Shown here: piece after piece, positions 24,946 to 37,412 of the stretch | How the letters are laid out: the number at the start of each line of letters is the position of its first letter | Position numbering within the stretch: position 1 is the first letter of the stretch | Assembly (NCBI GenBank): GCA_965644295.1 | Contig: CBFFRP010000231.1 | Coordinates: 74,361 to 138,360, forward strand | DNA from: Paraphysomonas bandaiensis | Lineage: Eukaryota > Protista > Chrysophyceae | Length of the DNA stretch: 64,000 bases | Direction of reading: 5' to 3' | Position numbers and translations under genes: made by a program | The notes under the pieces: generated by a model | What the model was told of the DNA's origin: nothing | Seen by the model: the letters and a program-made list of their open reading frames with translations, nothing else | The model's database searches: none

Positions 24946-25736
24946 TTTCTACAGTGATGTTTCCATCTTAAAAATGAAAACTTCTTCTTACATATCCGAC
25001 AATGATTAAAGTCTTTATCTTTATCCCAACATACAGTAAATAAATGACAGAGATTTTCCCTTTTATCTCTGTTATATTTGCCGCGATATGCATCTAGAGT
25101 GGACATGATTGTCCTCTATATATAAATACTGATATATCCCTTAAGTAACACTATCTCATAGTAAGAGTATTCAGATACAATATACCTCAAACAAAGGAAT
25201 GAAATAGATGATACATACACTATCTTATATTGAGTATCGTATATATGAGGGCATGAATTCTCTCATACTTTAATGGTGAGTTGAGCGATAGATATGAGCG
25301 AAGATGTACATACATACATGTCTATGTAAATGGTATACACTGTACTTTACTCTATGGACTACACTACAAAAAATCTAGAAATCTATATATACACTGTATA
25401 CTGCTGTATACCGGGTATCTAAGAATCACTATATTTCGAAAATCCAGTGTTTTGAGTGGAAACTGGATTCCAGAAGAGGCGCGGATTTTACGTTTTATAT
25501 AGTATTTTATTCCAAAATCCCGCGCTTTTTAGGCTTGAACAGATATCTCGGTATATATATACGAAGTACATACAGCAGCATACAGCAGTAGATATATGTA
25601 GAGTATGTGTTCGTACATGCTGGTGTGTACACACTGATGTCCATCCAGCATCCATCATACTGCATATCTAAACAAGTTAAGCAGTTCATGAGTTAGTATT
25701 CCTTCATTCCACTCATTATCATAATAACTAACATAA

Positions 25737-26942
25737 ATGATAACCAACATACACACTGATCTATCAGATTCACTTAATAGCTTCGATGAAATGAATCTAT
25801 CTGATGGTTTGTTAAGAGGCCTCTACTCATATGGTTATGAATACCCCACACATATACAGGCGATATCTATAATGAGTATCTTGAAGGGACATGATGTTAT
25901 TATTCATAGCAAGACATGTACGTTTATTCCTATATATAATATTCATATAGTTATCATACAGATGTATTCAGGTGGAGCAACTACAGCATTAATACTCAGT
26001 ATACTGCAATATATAGATACCAAATCATTAAATTGTCAAGCAATATTACTCACCCCTTCCAATGAACATTCTCTAGTTGTGACGGGACTTACAAATTCAT
26101 TGGGAGAGTTCTTATGCCTGAAAGTGGATACCTGTATTGAAGGATCAGATGATATATCTGATGGAGTGCAGGTGCTAGTAGGAACACCAGCAAGGGTGTA
26201 TCATAAGGTATCTAATGGAGATATAGATGTGGAAGCTGTAGGAATGTTTTGCTTAGATCATGCAGCTGAAATAACCCTTGATTATACAGCTGAGGTTGTG
26301 GACACCTTCCAATTAATATCACGACATCATCCTGTTCAATGTATCATTGTCACAGATGAACTGTCCATGACTCCTGAAGTACACACTGTAACCCAAACTA
26401 TCATGACGGATTCAATCGTCATAAAACCAGAGAGACCTAAAACAATTTATCATTTTTACCATCTATGCGAAAGAATTAGGATGTGTGACGTTGTATGTGA
26501 TTTCTGCGATAAATACGCCACCAAAGAGACTGTTATAAATACGGTCATATACTGCAACTCCAAGGAGAAGGCAGAACAGCTTTTAGACCAAATGAAACAG
26601 ATGGAGCTGACATTCACCGTCTCTATCATACACGGAGATATAAAAATCAGCGAGAGGCAAAGGGTTTTGGCGGAGCTGAATTCTCGTGTAACACATGTTG
26701 TAATCACCACAGACCTACTCTCCTGCGGGATGGAATTCCACGACTGGCAACTGGTAGTCCACTATGGAGTTCCAAGTTACAAAGAAAATTATATCCGTCG
26801 TTTGAGTTGTAGTCGATATTCAAAGGAATCAGTCTCAGTCTGTGTTCTGACACAGGATGAGGTTAAGAGTCTCCAAGATATAGAAAATTTTTATAACATT
26901 GCATTGGAAGATTTGCCGGATGATATTACTTATCTACTGTAA
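25737..26942 (+). CDS. Highly divergent eIF4A-like DEAD-box protein, probably catalytically dead; one likely in-frame 54-nt intron
   Basis: SFDEMNL..GLLRGLYSYGYEYP..IQ, GTPARV, VIYCN, HGD....ER, ITTDLL, ENYI, LQDIENFY..LEDLP match eIF4A; motifs I, II, III and VI are degenerate. Confidence 0.85.
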   Translation: MITNIHTDLSDSLNSFDEMNLSDGLLRGLYSYGYEYPTHIQAISIMSILKGHDVIIHSKTCTFIPIYNIHIVIIQMYSGGATTALILSILQYIDTKSLNCQAILLTPSNEHSLVVTGLTNSLGEFLCLKVDTCIEGSDDISDGVQVLVGTPARVYHKVSNGDIDVEAVGMFCLDHAAEITLDYTAEVVDTFQLISRHHPVQCIIVTDELSMTPEVHTVTQTIMTDSIVIKPERPKTIYHFYHLCERIRMCDVVCDFCDKYATKETVINTVIYCNSKEKAEQLLDQMKQMELTFTVSIIHGDIKISERQRVLAELNSRVTHVVITTDLLSCGMEFHDWQLVVHYGVPSYKENYIRRLSCSRYSKESVSVCVLTQDEVKSLQDIENFYNIALEDLPDDITYLL

Positions 26943-27421
26943 ATATTGTATAAATCAACTGTGAGTGTTATGGAAGGCTAATTTCATGATGTCTTACGTT
27001 AGTACTTGATAGCAAGTACTTGTGATTTGTGGTGTGTTTGACGGCTATAAGTAGCTGCGTTCAATCGTCGTGCACAAGCAGTACCTACATTCATCATATA
27101 TTGGCCATGTTACATTGCAATCCAAAGCTAACGGAGTGGGTTTTCCTCTGTATATTTACCTCTCTAGTTCTGACTAGTATTTTAGAACAATAACTTATTG
27201 TGAAGAAGATGCAACTATTTCTTCCGGCGCTGTTGCTTGTTTCGTGATTACCACTATACATTGAACTCACATCAGTAAAATAAAACCAAACAATGAATCA
27301 AGATTTTTCTACTATTATTTGTTGGTGTCGACGTCGCATTAGATCAGCACTGAGCTTTATATGAAGTATAATAGGCAATCACATACCCAAAACTACAGCA
27401 AGTATAGTACTAATTGGTCCT

Positions 27422-27975
27422 CTCAACAAAGTCGGACTTGCATCTTCTTGTCGTGTTCTGGGTGATAAGTACCGGAAATATTTCTCCGGGAAACTAACAT
27501 AAGTCGTAAACATAGAGAGCAGATAACGCTGTGCCACTCATAGCCCAATGCTTGTGTGGTACAAGGGACACTACTATAAGTGTCACTTGCGTAAACTGTA
27601 AACGTCTTTAGGTCCTGACGAATAAAAATGCATCCGGGAATGGGCCCACCTAAAGGGCATCCGAGTTTAAGCTTCCTGCTGAAGTCAAGCATTCGGGCTA
27701 GTTCACCTTAAGAACAGAGAGCGGAAGTGGTTGCACCTTGGTGCTTGCGGTGACGCACAAGCAACTTTAGTAGCGTTAAAATAGTAGGATATCAGAGTTA
27801 AGCACAAGTTAGTTAAATTGTTTTGCTACATTAATTCTGACTCTTACGCACCTATTGCTAATAATAAGACTTTAACTACTGTTAAATCATAGGATCTCAG
27901 AGTTTAGTACTAGTTAGTTAAATTGCAATGCTAAGTTTATTCTGACTTAACGCCTATTGTTAATAATAAGACCTT
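27422..27975. repeat. Dispersed repeat, copy 2, with a duplicated 3' tail
   Basis: Colinear with 6812-7322; the agttagttaaattg...cctattg.taataataagac segment occurs twice (about 27808-27871 and 27912-27972). Confidence 0.8.
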
Positions 27976-28504
27976 TACTCTCTAAATATTATAAGAAAGA
28001 AAGGTTGTTGAAAAACGGGTTAGAACAGATATGTCACCATCAGCAGGCATTTATACTGGCGTCAGAACTAGTCCATATTTCCCACTATGGGCGGCGAGGT
28101 ATGCTATGTAGTCCGACTACACGCAATTTCGAATTTCGAAATTTTCGAATGACGGCTGGTGGGCGAGCAATTATGCTATAACACAGCACAACACCCTAAG
28201 CAATGCTTTATGCGTTAAATTAGTTTAGGTATTGAACAAAATTTGGGGAAACTTTCATTGAAGTGTATTTATTTATATGAAAAACTCTAAACAAAATTTG
28301 TATATCAAATATCGCAAGGGTAGGGTAGAATTAACCATGCGTATATCCTACGAGAGAAACAGCAATAACATTAACTGCAGGCAGGGTAAATGTCCATAGA
28401 TACGAGGACATTGCATACACGACATTTGTACCAAAAGTATCATAACAGTATGCAATGTTACATTTATAATATCTATCGCTATTAACAGGGCAGCAGCTCT
28501 TGAT

Positions 28505-29551
28505 CTAATTTCCATATGGGTTGCTAGGGAAATACTGATATGAAGTCACATCCGCCTCTGACTCAGTTCCGCAATTCTGAACGCATGGAGATTGATCCGA
28601 ATCAACTGGAGGTGATATAAGACCCGACTCGAGGTCAGCAATTGTATGGCAACGTCGTAATAAGGCTGGATCCGCTATTTTAATCATACAAATGCGAGTC
28701 TGAAACCTGTTGTGTAGGCTAGCTAGAAGATTCCTGTAGTTCACCCATCTAAAAGAGAAGTCAGTACAAGGAAAAAACACATGGAATCAATACAAGACAC
28801 TAACTTCTTTGATGTGAAGAAAAAGGCAAGCTTCTCTCCATCCATCTGATACTCTGCGTCAAGAACGTCCATATCCACATTACGTTTAGCGATGATTTCT
28901 CTGCAATCTTCTAGGGCCACTCGTTCGGCACATAGCTTGTATTGAAATGACACAAGTTCATCAGGACTGGCCAGGCCAATGATGTATCCCGGAGTCTCGC
29001 CATTCAATGAAGGTAGGTAAGGTTGGCTATTAACATTCTCTATGATGACACCAATATTTCTTCCAAACTTTGTATCTGCGACAACAATGTCCCCAGTATT
29101 ATATACTGCAACTGTGTTATCCGGCACAGTCATAACTTCGATCAATCGTTTAAAACGGACCTGTGCCTAATATGAGTGTACTATATGTCATATGCAAGTA
29201 TCATTAACTAACCGTGTAGATGGTTTTCGGATATTGAATAGAAGGTTCACTTGAAGATATGTCACCAATATCATGGTCTGAAGGTGCAGAAAATGCTTGA
29301 AGAAGACGATACTCTTCTTCATTCAGCTTAAACATGGATGTGTCTGGATATGAAGATGCTATAGCATGAGGTGAATATCTGTGTTTGAGTTCACTACAGA
29401 GTTGTTGTAAGTAGAAGATTGTATCAGGATTATGACTATGAGATGTAGTAGATGTTTGATTATCCTGATATTCATCATGAGAAGAGTCATGTGATCTACG
29501 GAGATCTGATATCACTTGTTGCAATCCAAGATGATCACTGTGGCTACCCAT
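28505..29551 (-). CDS. PSP1 C-terminal domain protein (YaaT/RicT-like domain), 3 exons
   Basis: VRFKR, GDIVVAD..FG..IG, MDVLDAEYQMDGEKLAFFFTS, WVNYRNLL..L...FQTRICM match the PSP1 consensus (DAEYQFD..KL.FYF, VDFRELV, F.TRIWM). Confidence 0.8.
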
Positions 29552-29823
29552 ATTGAAGATCAGTAATGATTACACAGATATAATGATGAAGTATATGAAT
29601 AAATGAATGTACGAGTAATGCATGGAATTCTAAGTGACTATAAGCGTACATATCTATATGTCCACAATACTGTGAGGGAATATAAAAGTACTGGCTCTAA
29701 ATATACTCATACGATAGAAGATTATTCTTCAAGACGAAGTCCGGATGAAGTTTAGATCACCTTGTACAGAGTGACGATTGGAGAGAGATAATGACGGTGC
29801 CATCCCGTAAACGACTGTATTTT

Positions 29824-30557
29824 TATGTATGTATGTATGTATGTATGTATGTATGTATGTATGTATGTATGTATGTATGTATTTTTATGTATGTATGTAT
29901 GTATGTATGTATGTATGTATGTATGTATGTATGTATGTATGTATGTATGTATGTATGTATGTATGTATGTATGTATGTATGTATGTATGTATGTATGTAT
30001 GTATGTATGTATGTATGTATGTATGTATGTATGTATGTATGTATGTATGTATGTATGTATGTACAGTATGTATGTATGTATGTATGTATGTATGTATGTA
30101 TGTATGTATGTATGTATGTATGTATGTATGTATGTATGTATGTATGTATGTATGTATGTATGTATGTATGTATGTATGTATGTATGTATGTATGTATGTA
30201 TGTATGTACAGTATGTATGTATGTATGTATGTATGTATGTATGTATGTATGTATGTATGTATGTATGTATGTATGTATGTATGTATGTACAGTATGTATG
30301 TATGTATGTATGTATGTATGTATGTATGTATGTATGTATGTATGTATGTATGTATGTATGTATGTATGTATGTATGTATGTATGTATGTATGTATGTATG
30401 TATGTATGTATGTATGTATGTATGTATGTATGTATGTATGTATGTATGTATGTATGTATGTATGTATGTATGTATGTATGTATGTATGTATGTATGTATG
30501 TATGTATGTATGTATGTATGTATGTATGTATGTATGTATGTGTGTGTGTGTGTGTGT
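29824..30557. repeat. (TATG)n microsatellite, about 720 bp, with recurrent TACAG interruptions, ending in (TG)n
   Basis: Directly visible; TACAG variants near 30062, 30207 and 30288. Confidence 0.99.
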
Positions 30558-30627
30558 TTGCTATGAAGTATGTTTAAGTTCTTGTATATATATATATATG
30601 TATATATGTGTATGTGTATATTCAAAT

Positions 30628-31608
30628 ATGAATGACAATTTCTCAGATATGATAAAAATCATCGACACCCTCTACGACAGGAAAGACGCATGTACGCCCT
30701 CTTTCTCTCCTCACATATCTCTCACTATCCTACACAGATATCTTCAGAAAGCCCGTCCACTGGCAACGAGATGGGCTATGGCACTACCCTCAAGTAGTTA
30801 AACGACCTATGGATTTACAAACTGTTAAGGTTATCTATTATATTATTATATAATATATCATGTATTATATATAGGAGAATATAATGGGACATAAGTACAT
30901 TGATGTTGAAGAGGTGGCGAATGATATTAGACAAATATGGATTAATTGCATGTTATTCAATCGTGTAAGTGTTATTATAGAGAAGTAATGATAAGCTGTA
31001 GTGATGAGGTGTAATGAAATGGTTTAGAATGGTCACTACTATTACAATTTGGCATCGAATTTAGCAAAGGAATTTGAAAGCCTATATGACCAGGTAAGTG
31101 AGTGTGTTGTTGGCATTTGTCAGAGCAGTGAAAAAATATTCAGGTTAAGAATGAGCGCAACATACGTGGAAATTATTTCAACAAAGTTCCTACTTATGAG
31201 GACAAATTACGATTTGACACATTACTACTGGACCTAGGTGTTGTGTCCGAATACCATAACTAGCATTATAAACGATACCTACAGGCTCAGAAGAACTAGG
31301 GCGGATACTAGAATATATTGAAACCAATTGTCCGGATGCTCTTAGTGCGGTGAGTAGTGGTTTTTGTTATTGCGGAACAGGTGAGCACTCTGACTGATTG
31401 TTTAGGCGCAGGACAAGTCCCCATCTGTTGAACTTAATATCGACGCTATTCCGCCATGTGAATTCCACAAGGTCATTGTAGCGAGCACTACCATTTGTCT
31501 TATAAGTGTTTATTACAGTTGTTGAAGCGTTTAAATGCATCCCATAGTTCTAAAAGGAGGGCTGATAGGTCTAGTGCGAAAAACCACAAAAAGCGACGTG
31601 CATCATGA
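30628..31608 (+). CDS. Small bromodomain + extra-terminal (ET/NET) domain protein (BET/GTE-like), 7 introns
   Basis: Spliced: IFRKPVHW..GLWHYPQVVKRPMDLQTVK, DIRQIWINCMLFN (acetyl-lysine-binding Asn present), then ET: EDKLRF..LLDLGSEELGRILEYI...VELNIDAI; basic C-terminal tail. Missed by the ORF track. Confidence 0.85.
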
Positions 31609-32928
31609 TCGTCTGATGTACACCATACATTGTGATAGAATCTGTTTTATTTTGAAGAGAATAAAGCAATGAAAGTGCCTATTGCATTAGACTATTAAAT
31701 TTGTTTGTTTGTATTGTACATAGTTAAACTTTGTGCCAATATAATATTTTTGGTTACTGTATACTCTTCATTTATTCGTTATTAAGTTCACATCTCATCA
31801 CTGGTTCGTGTTCAAGATTTAACCGCTTCATTGCTTCACTACACCTGTTTTAATTCAATTATCTTACTAGTACTGAGGGCACTTTTGGCACTTGAAGAAT
31901 TATATAAACTATAAACCTTAAATAATACAAGCAAGTGTGATATACACAAATATGATAATGTCAACGACAACAAAAAGACTCGCGCGACAACAATTTTTCA
32001 CATGCATTATCACATTTACGTACACATTTCAATACCTCGCAGTTGCTATTTCCTCAACATCGTTCTGAGAGAGGGGTACTTTTTAGCTTTTTAGTAGCTA
32101 TTGTTAAAGAACAGTACTTTGATTTTTCTGTTGTTTTCTTAGTGTTAACCTGGCAACTGGCAACTGGCAACACCTATTCCTGCTAACAGCAGTCAGGCTA
32201 CAAAGAGCTATACAATCTAAATATTAGATTTCTAACGTCATGAGGATAAGCTTAAGAAACAGCAACAGCTTATTGCTAATCGTAAGACATTCACTTCTTA
32301 ATACTTAAGCCTTAATTTAACCTAGGAATAAGAGATTCATCCCTTGTCAAGATATAAAACTCGGGAGTTTTGCCTTTGTTTCAAAATTTTGAGCTCGGGA
32401 TGATATAGCCTCCCTATAACCCATTGTTAAATGTTAAACGCAACTATATGTTTCTATAAAATAAGTTTTGACATACTATTGCTAAATCGGAGGAACGGCT
32501 TTAAATATATTCACTATTTTACAATTCTATGTCCCTAAACTGGAATGCCGATGCATATAGAAAACACAAAACAATAACGTCTGTGATAAGCATATAGAAA
32601 GAAACTACAAACTAAATATTGTCAACATATAATTTTCATATGAAAGGTATCAGATTGCTCCAATCAGTTATTATCCACTCAACCTATATATATATTATCA
32701 TCGATCACTAGTGCTGAATACATCATACTGTGAAGTGTGAAGTTAAAGTAAATCAATCTAAAGTCAGTACGATGAATTTAATGAACGATTTTAAAAGTCA
32801 CAATCAGATGCAAAAACTAAAGCAGATATTAAAATGTACTGTCACTTACCTTGCCGTAAGTGATACAAGTAATCAAACATAACTGCTGAAAACTATTCCA
32901 AAAAATACAAGCTATCACACTACGCTAC

Positions 32929-35900
32929 TCATATACTTTGCAGTCGCTGGTGTAGAACTTCACTCACTAATTCAAGGGTTTTCGCATGTGTAATGTGGCT
33001 GTCTTCTACCATCGAGCGCAGAGTATCGTCAAGTGCATATTTTCTACATATAATAATTACAGGGAAGGAAATAGATACAGAATGCTTACAGGTAATAGTC
33101 ATCGATTTCCTTCCAGCAGCTGTGATTCATCAGCGCTATTGCAACCTTTAAGTACCTGTATACATATCTGTTTAGAATGCATAGCATCATAACATACGGG
33201 CTTACATTTGTCTAAGAAGCTCATTGTGCGATGGAACATCGGACTTGCTACCTTCCACAGGGCCGTCCAAACTGTCCACAACTGATACACGAGTAACCGC
33301 ATGTGAAACATATGCTGAGTCTTCGCTGCTATCACTCTGACTATCCGACTGACCGTCCGGCAGATTAGATATCTCGCGAATTATCATTTCCACGAGAACC
33401 TGAGGTAGTACACAAACTATTTTGAGCCTATCCAAAGTCTACAGTGTGGTACAGACCTTAATATCGTTCACATAAAAGAATCCTTCATATCCAGGGGCGG
33501 AGATAAGATCACAGCACAGCTTAAGGCAAGGTAGGGCTTCTGGCACATCATGTTCAGGATATCCAATATCATTTAGAAGATGCATCAGTCCTTCAGATAC
33601 ATTAATATTGCTGGAGTCATCTTCAAACTGAAGGCTGGCACACAACTCAGCGACCTGATTAAAAACAGTGAAAACTAAAGCGGCTGTTGGGTACTAAAGC
33701 TTCTACCTCAGTAGACCCTGCATTTATTTGCGCTGGTAAATGCCAGTTCACAGCAGCCACTGTCTTGATGCAGAGTAAGTAGGAGTCCTCTTTCATATGA
33801 TCGCTAGAGAAAAGTAGCTCCGCAAGCATGGAGAGGAATTTGTCAGTGGTTGGGTGGGCTGTGCACTGAGGCTGTGTGCCACTACTATCTACGTTCTGTA
33901 CCTGCGCCCGTCGTGCTCGAAATTCATCCCCCAATAGTCTAGTGGGCACACGAAACATCTGGAATAGCATCAGTAGCCAAATCGCAACAGTTGTTGCGGA
34001 ATCAGTGCTACCCTCCATGTAGCAGCTCCCTCTTTCTTCGTTCTCCACAGCATCGTACTCCTCCATATGCTCCATATTAAAGTCTTTGATATCACGCTCA
34101 TCAAACCCTGCATAAGGAACATTCGGTCTGGCATCTGGAGGCATCGCGACGAGGGTTTTAATTCGACCCACGGCAGAGCCCATCACTGCGACCATATGAT
34201 CTGCAGAGTTAGATAGTTGGCAATAATCACGCCACAACTTTGGATGAGCCATGGTACCGTAAGCCAGGCAGCGAGCAGCGCCATCTCTCAACAAAGGATG
34301 AACCCTAGTGAAATAAAGTTAGTTTATATTACGAACCTATAAGCGGAACAGGTGGTACAACACAGAACAGCATAGTGGAAAACTACAGCAGAGAAAAAGG
34401 ACTCACGATTCGTGCATAAAAAGAAGAAGGTAGGACATGAGGATACCATCCTGGGCGTGAAAAGCAATGGTCCATTCCTCCTCAGTCCCAGCAGTCTCAA
34501 GACAAAACTGAAGCACCTGAGCAACAGTCAACACTCTAATACAATCAGTATTATAATTCCCTTACCTCAAGTTTTCTGCAGCTCACGCGATTCCAAACCC
34601 CTGAGAGCAAGAGACGCTTCTCACGTTTCGTTGGAGGATCAAATAACATAATCCTATTGAGCTCACTCAGCAGCTCTTCACCTTCATCAAGTTGAAAGCC
34701 GATAATCTCCAAGTCTAACTCTGTGTCTACATCATCCGCTTCTGACCACTCATCAGTTGGGCTGTCGTTATCTTCTACATTTCTCGGTTGCATAGTACTG
34801 CAGCCATACCCAGATGCATCAGTATAGTCGGTACCTTCCTCAACACTAGATGCCTCCGGCTCATATACAGGTTCTATATTCTGAGGCTGTGCTGAACTAT
34901 AACCATACCCAGATGCATCAGTATAGTCAGTACCTTCCTCAACACTAGATGCCTCCGGCTCATATACAGGTTCTATATTCTGAGGCTGTGCTGAACTATA
35001 ACCATACCCAGATGCATCAGTATAGTCGGTACCTTCCTCAACACTAGATGCCTCCGGCTCATATACAGGTTCTATATTCTGAGGCTGTGCTGAACTATAA
35101 CCATACCCAGATGCATCAGTATAGTCGGTACCTTCCTCAACACTAGATGCCTCCGGCTCATATACAGGTTCTATATTCTGAGGCTGTGCTGTACTATAAC
35201 CATACCCAGATGCATCAGTATAGTCAGTACCTTCCTCAACACTAGATGCCTCCGGCTCATATACAGGTTCTATATTCTGAGGCTGTGCTGTACTATAACC
35301 ATACCCAGATGCATCAGTATAGTCAGTACCTTCCTCAACACTAGATACCTCCGGCTCATATACAGGTTCTATATTCTGAGGCTGTGCTGTACTATAACCA
35401 TACCCAGATGCATCAGTATAGTCGGTACCTTCCTCAACACTAGATACCTCCGGTACATATACAGGTTCTATATTCTGAGGCTGTGCTGAACTATAACCAT
35501 ACCCAGATGCATCAGTATAGTCGGTACCTTCCTCAACACTAGATGCCTCCGGCTCATATACAGGTTCTATATTCTGAGGCTGTGCTGAACTATAACCATA
35601 CCCAGATGCATCAGTATAGTCGGTACCTTCCTCAACACTAGATACCTCCGGCTCATATACATGTTCTATATTCTGAGGCTGTGCTGAACTATAACCATAC
35701 CCAGATGCATCAGTATAGTCGGTACCTTCCTCAACACTAGATACCTCCGGCTCATATACATGTTCTATATTCTGAGGCTGTGCTGTACTATAACCATACC
35801 CAGATGCATCAGTATAGTGGACACCTTCTTCATTCTGATATTTCTGAATATTACTAACATCAGTGGTAGCCAATAAAGAGTTCGTTTGATAACTCTCAGT

Positions 35901-36113
35901 CACACATTCACCACCATTATAGTCACCATCATCATCATCAGCAGCAGTTGTAGTAATAGTATGATTATATATAGTATCATCTACTGTATCAGTATCTGAT
36001 ATATACTCGTCTGGTCTCTCCCACTGAGACACTCCCTGCTCCTCATCATAGAAATACTCATCACCATAATCTGTATAGTGTTTACTCCATGATGATTGAC
36101 GTGGACGGCTCAT
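32929..36113 (-). CDS. WW domain + 33-aa tandem repeats + SPIN90/Ldb17 (DUF2013)-like C-terminal domain
   Basis: WW: WSKHYTDYGDEYFYDEEQGVSQWERP. Spliced C-terminus: LLNDIGYP, FFYVNDIKVLVEMIIREISNL, LRQMYLKV, resembling the Ldb17/SPIN90 FYTNDLxVLxDIxIRxL and LRxxYL motifs. Confidence 0.7.
34776..35816 (-). repeat. Coding minisatellite, 99-bp unit x10.5 (YTDASGYGYSSAQPQNIEPVYEPEASSVEEGTD)
   Basis: Directly visible; near-identical in-frame units. Confidence 0.98.
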
Positions 36114-36304
36114 TCTAATAATTTAATATGAATGATATGAGAGATATACGTGTATGTGTCTGATAATACTGTAAGGACAGTATGGTGTCAGTGTTGCACG
36201 GTTTAATAGAGGGGTGTAGTAGAATTGAAGATCTGTTTGGTTCTATCAGTTGAAAATATACTGAGATGGAGTGTGTATGATAATAATATGGAGCTAATGG
36301 AGTC

Positions 36305-36367
36305 TATGTATGTATGATATGAGGGGGGGGGTATGTATGTATGTATGTATGTATGTATGTATGCATG
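36305..36367. repeat. Short (TATG)n tract interrupted by a G-run
   Basis: Directly visible, upstream of the WW-domain gene. Confidence 0.9.
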
Positions 36368-37412
36368 AAGTAGCTAACACTTTTTGTTCGTCATATACAC
36401 AGTACTGCTGTACATACATACATGTACCGTATATAGATATCTACCCCACCGGCGGCCTGTATATCACTATAGGCAGACAGATATCCACATAGGTACACAG
36501 TCATATAGCCCACTGCGGAATGTATTGTATAGAATGTACCGTATATATATAGTACTGCATTATACAGAGTATATACTGTTTGTATATATGGTACATTATA
36601 CCTCATCATCAGCAGATCTATCGAAGGAGAATCATTCATACCTACGGCGGGAATACATGTAACTGTATTGTACGCAGATCTAGTGTACATATCTAGATAT
36701 AAGATCTCACGTAACAGTTCGGGCAGCATTGGTCCAAATCGTTGCTGATTGCATCTGAAATGGTTAAGCTAGTAGATCTATAGCTCCCTATATTAATTTG
36801 TGCTTTATTGTTATGGTGATATTATATTATTTCACTCCGGCTTAGATATGTTAATAGCAGGTCCACATAAGCCTAAAGCGATAGCAAGAGGAGAGGGAGT
36901 CATGGTAGCTAATGGAAGACCACTAGAATCAACAGCTCCTACTTCGATGTTTACTTTTACAATATTCATTTAGTTGACATGCCCTAATATCTGAGAGAGC
37001 GGTCAATAATAGTTTGATAGCACACCACCACGAAGGAGGCCGGCTGAACCTGGTAAACGAATACCACCACCAGTCCTCGTTTCGGCATCAATAAGTAACT
37101 TTATATCTCAACGTTAATTTTAAATTAGTTATGCATATTTATTTATTGTATATCTTTCCTTCAGCGTGAAATACATTGCAGGTGGTTCCATATTATACCA
37201 TGTACTATGTAGTAACCATAATAACAAGGAATAAAATAAGGGGCAGCGTCAATAATTTTCAACAAATATGAAATGAGCACCGTACACAACTTGGGCTAAT
37301 GAATTGGTCTAATTTAACACAATTTTACATGATTGCTTGTTTCATGAGTAATAACATATTGTGGTGTTCGATGGGTGTGAAAATGAGGTAGAGGTCATGT
37401 AAACATACATTA

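Noticed and set aside
34776-35816. 99-bp repeats as a CRISPR-like array
   Set aside because: Contiguous in-frame coding repeats with no spacers.
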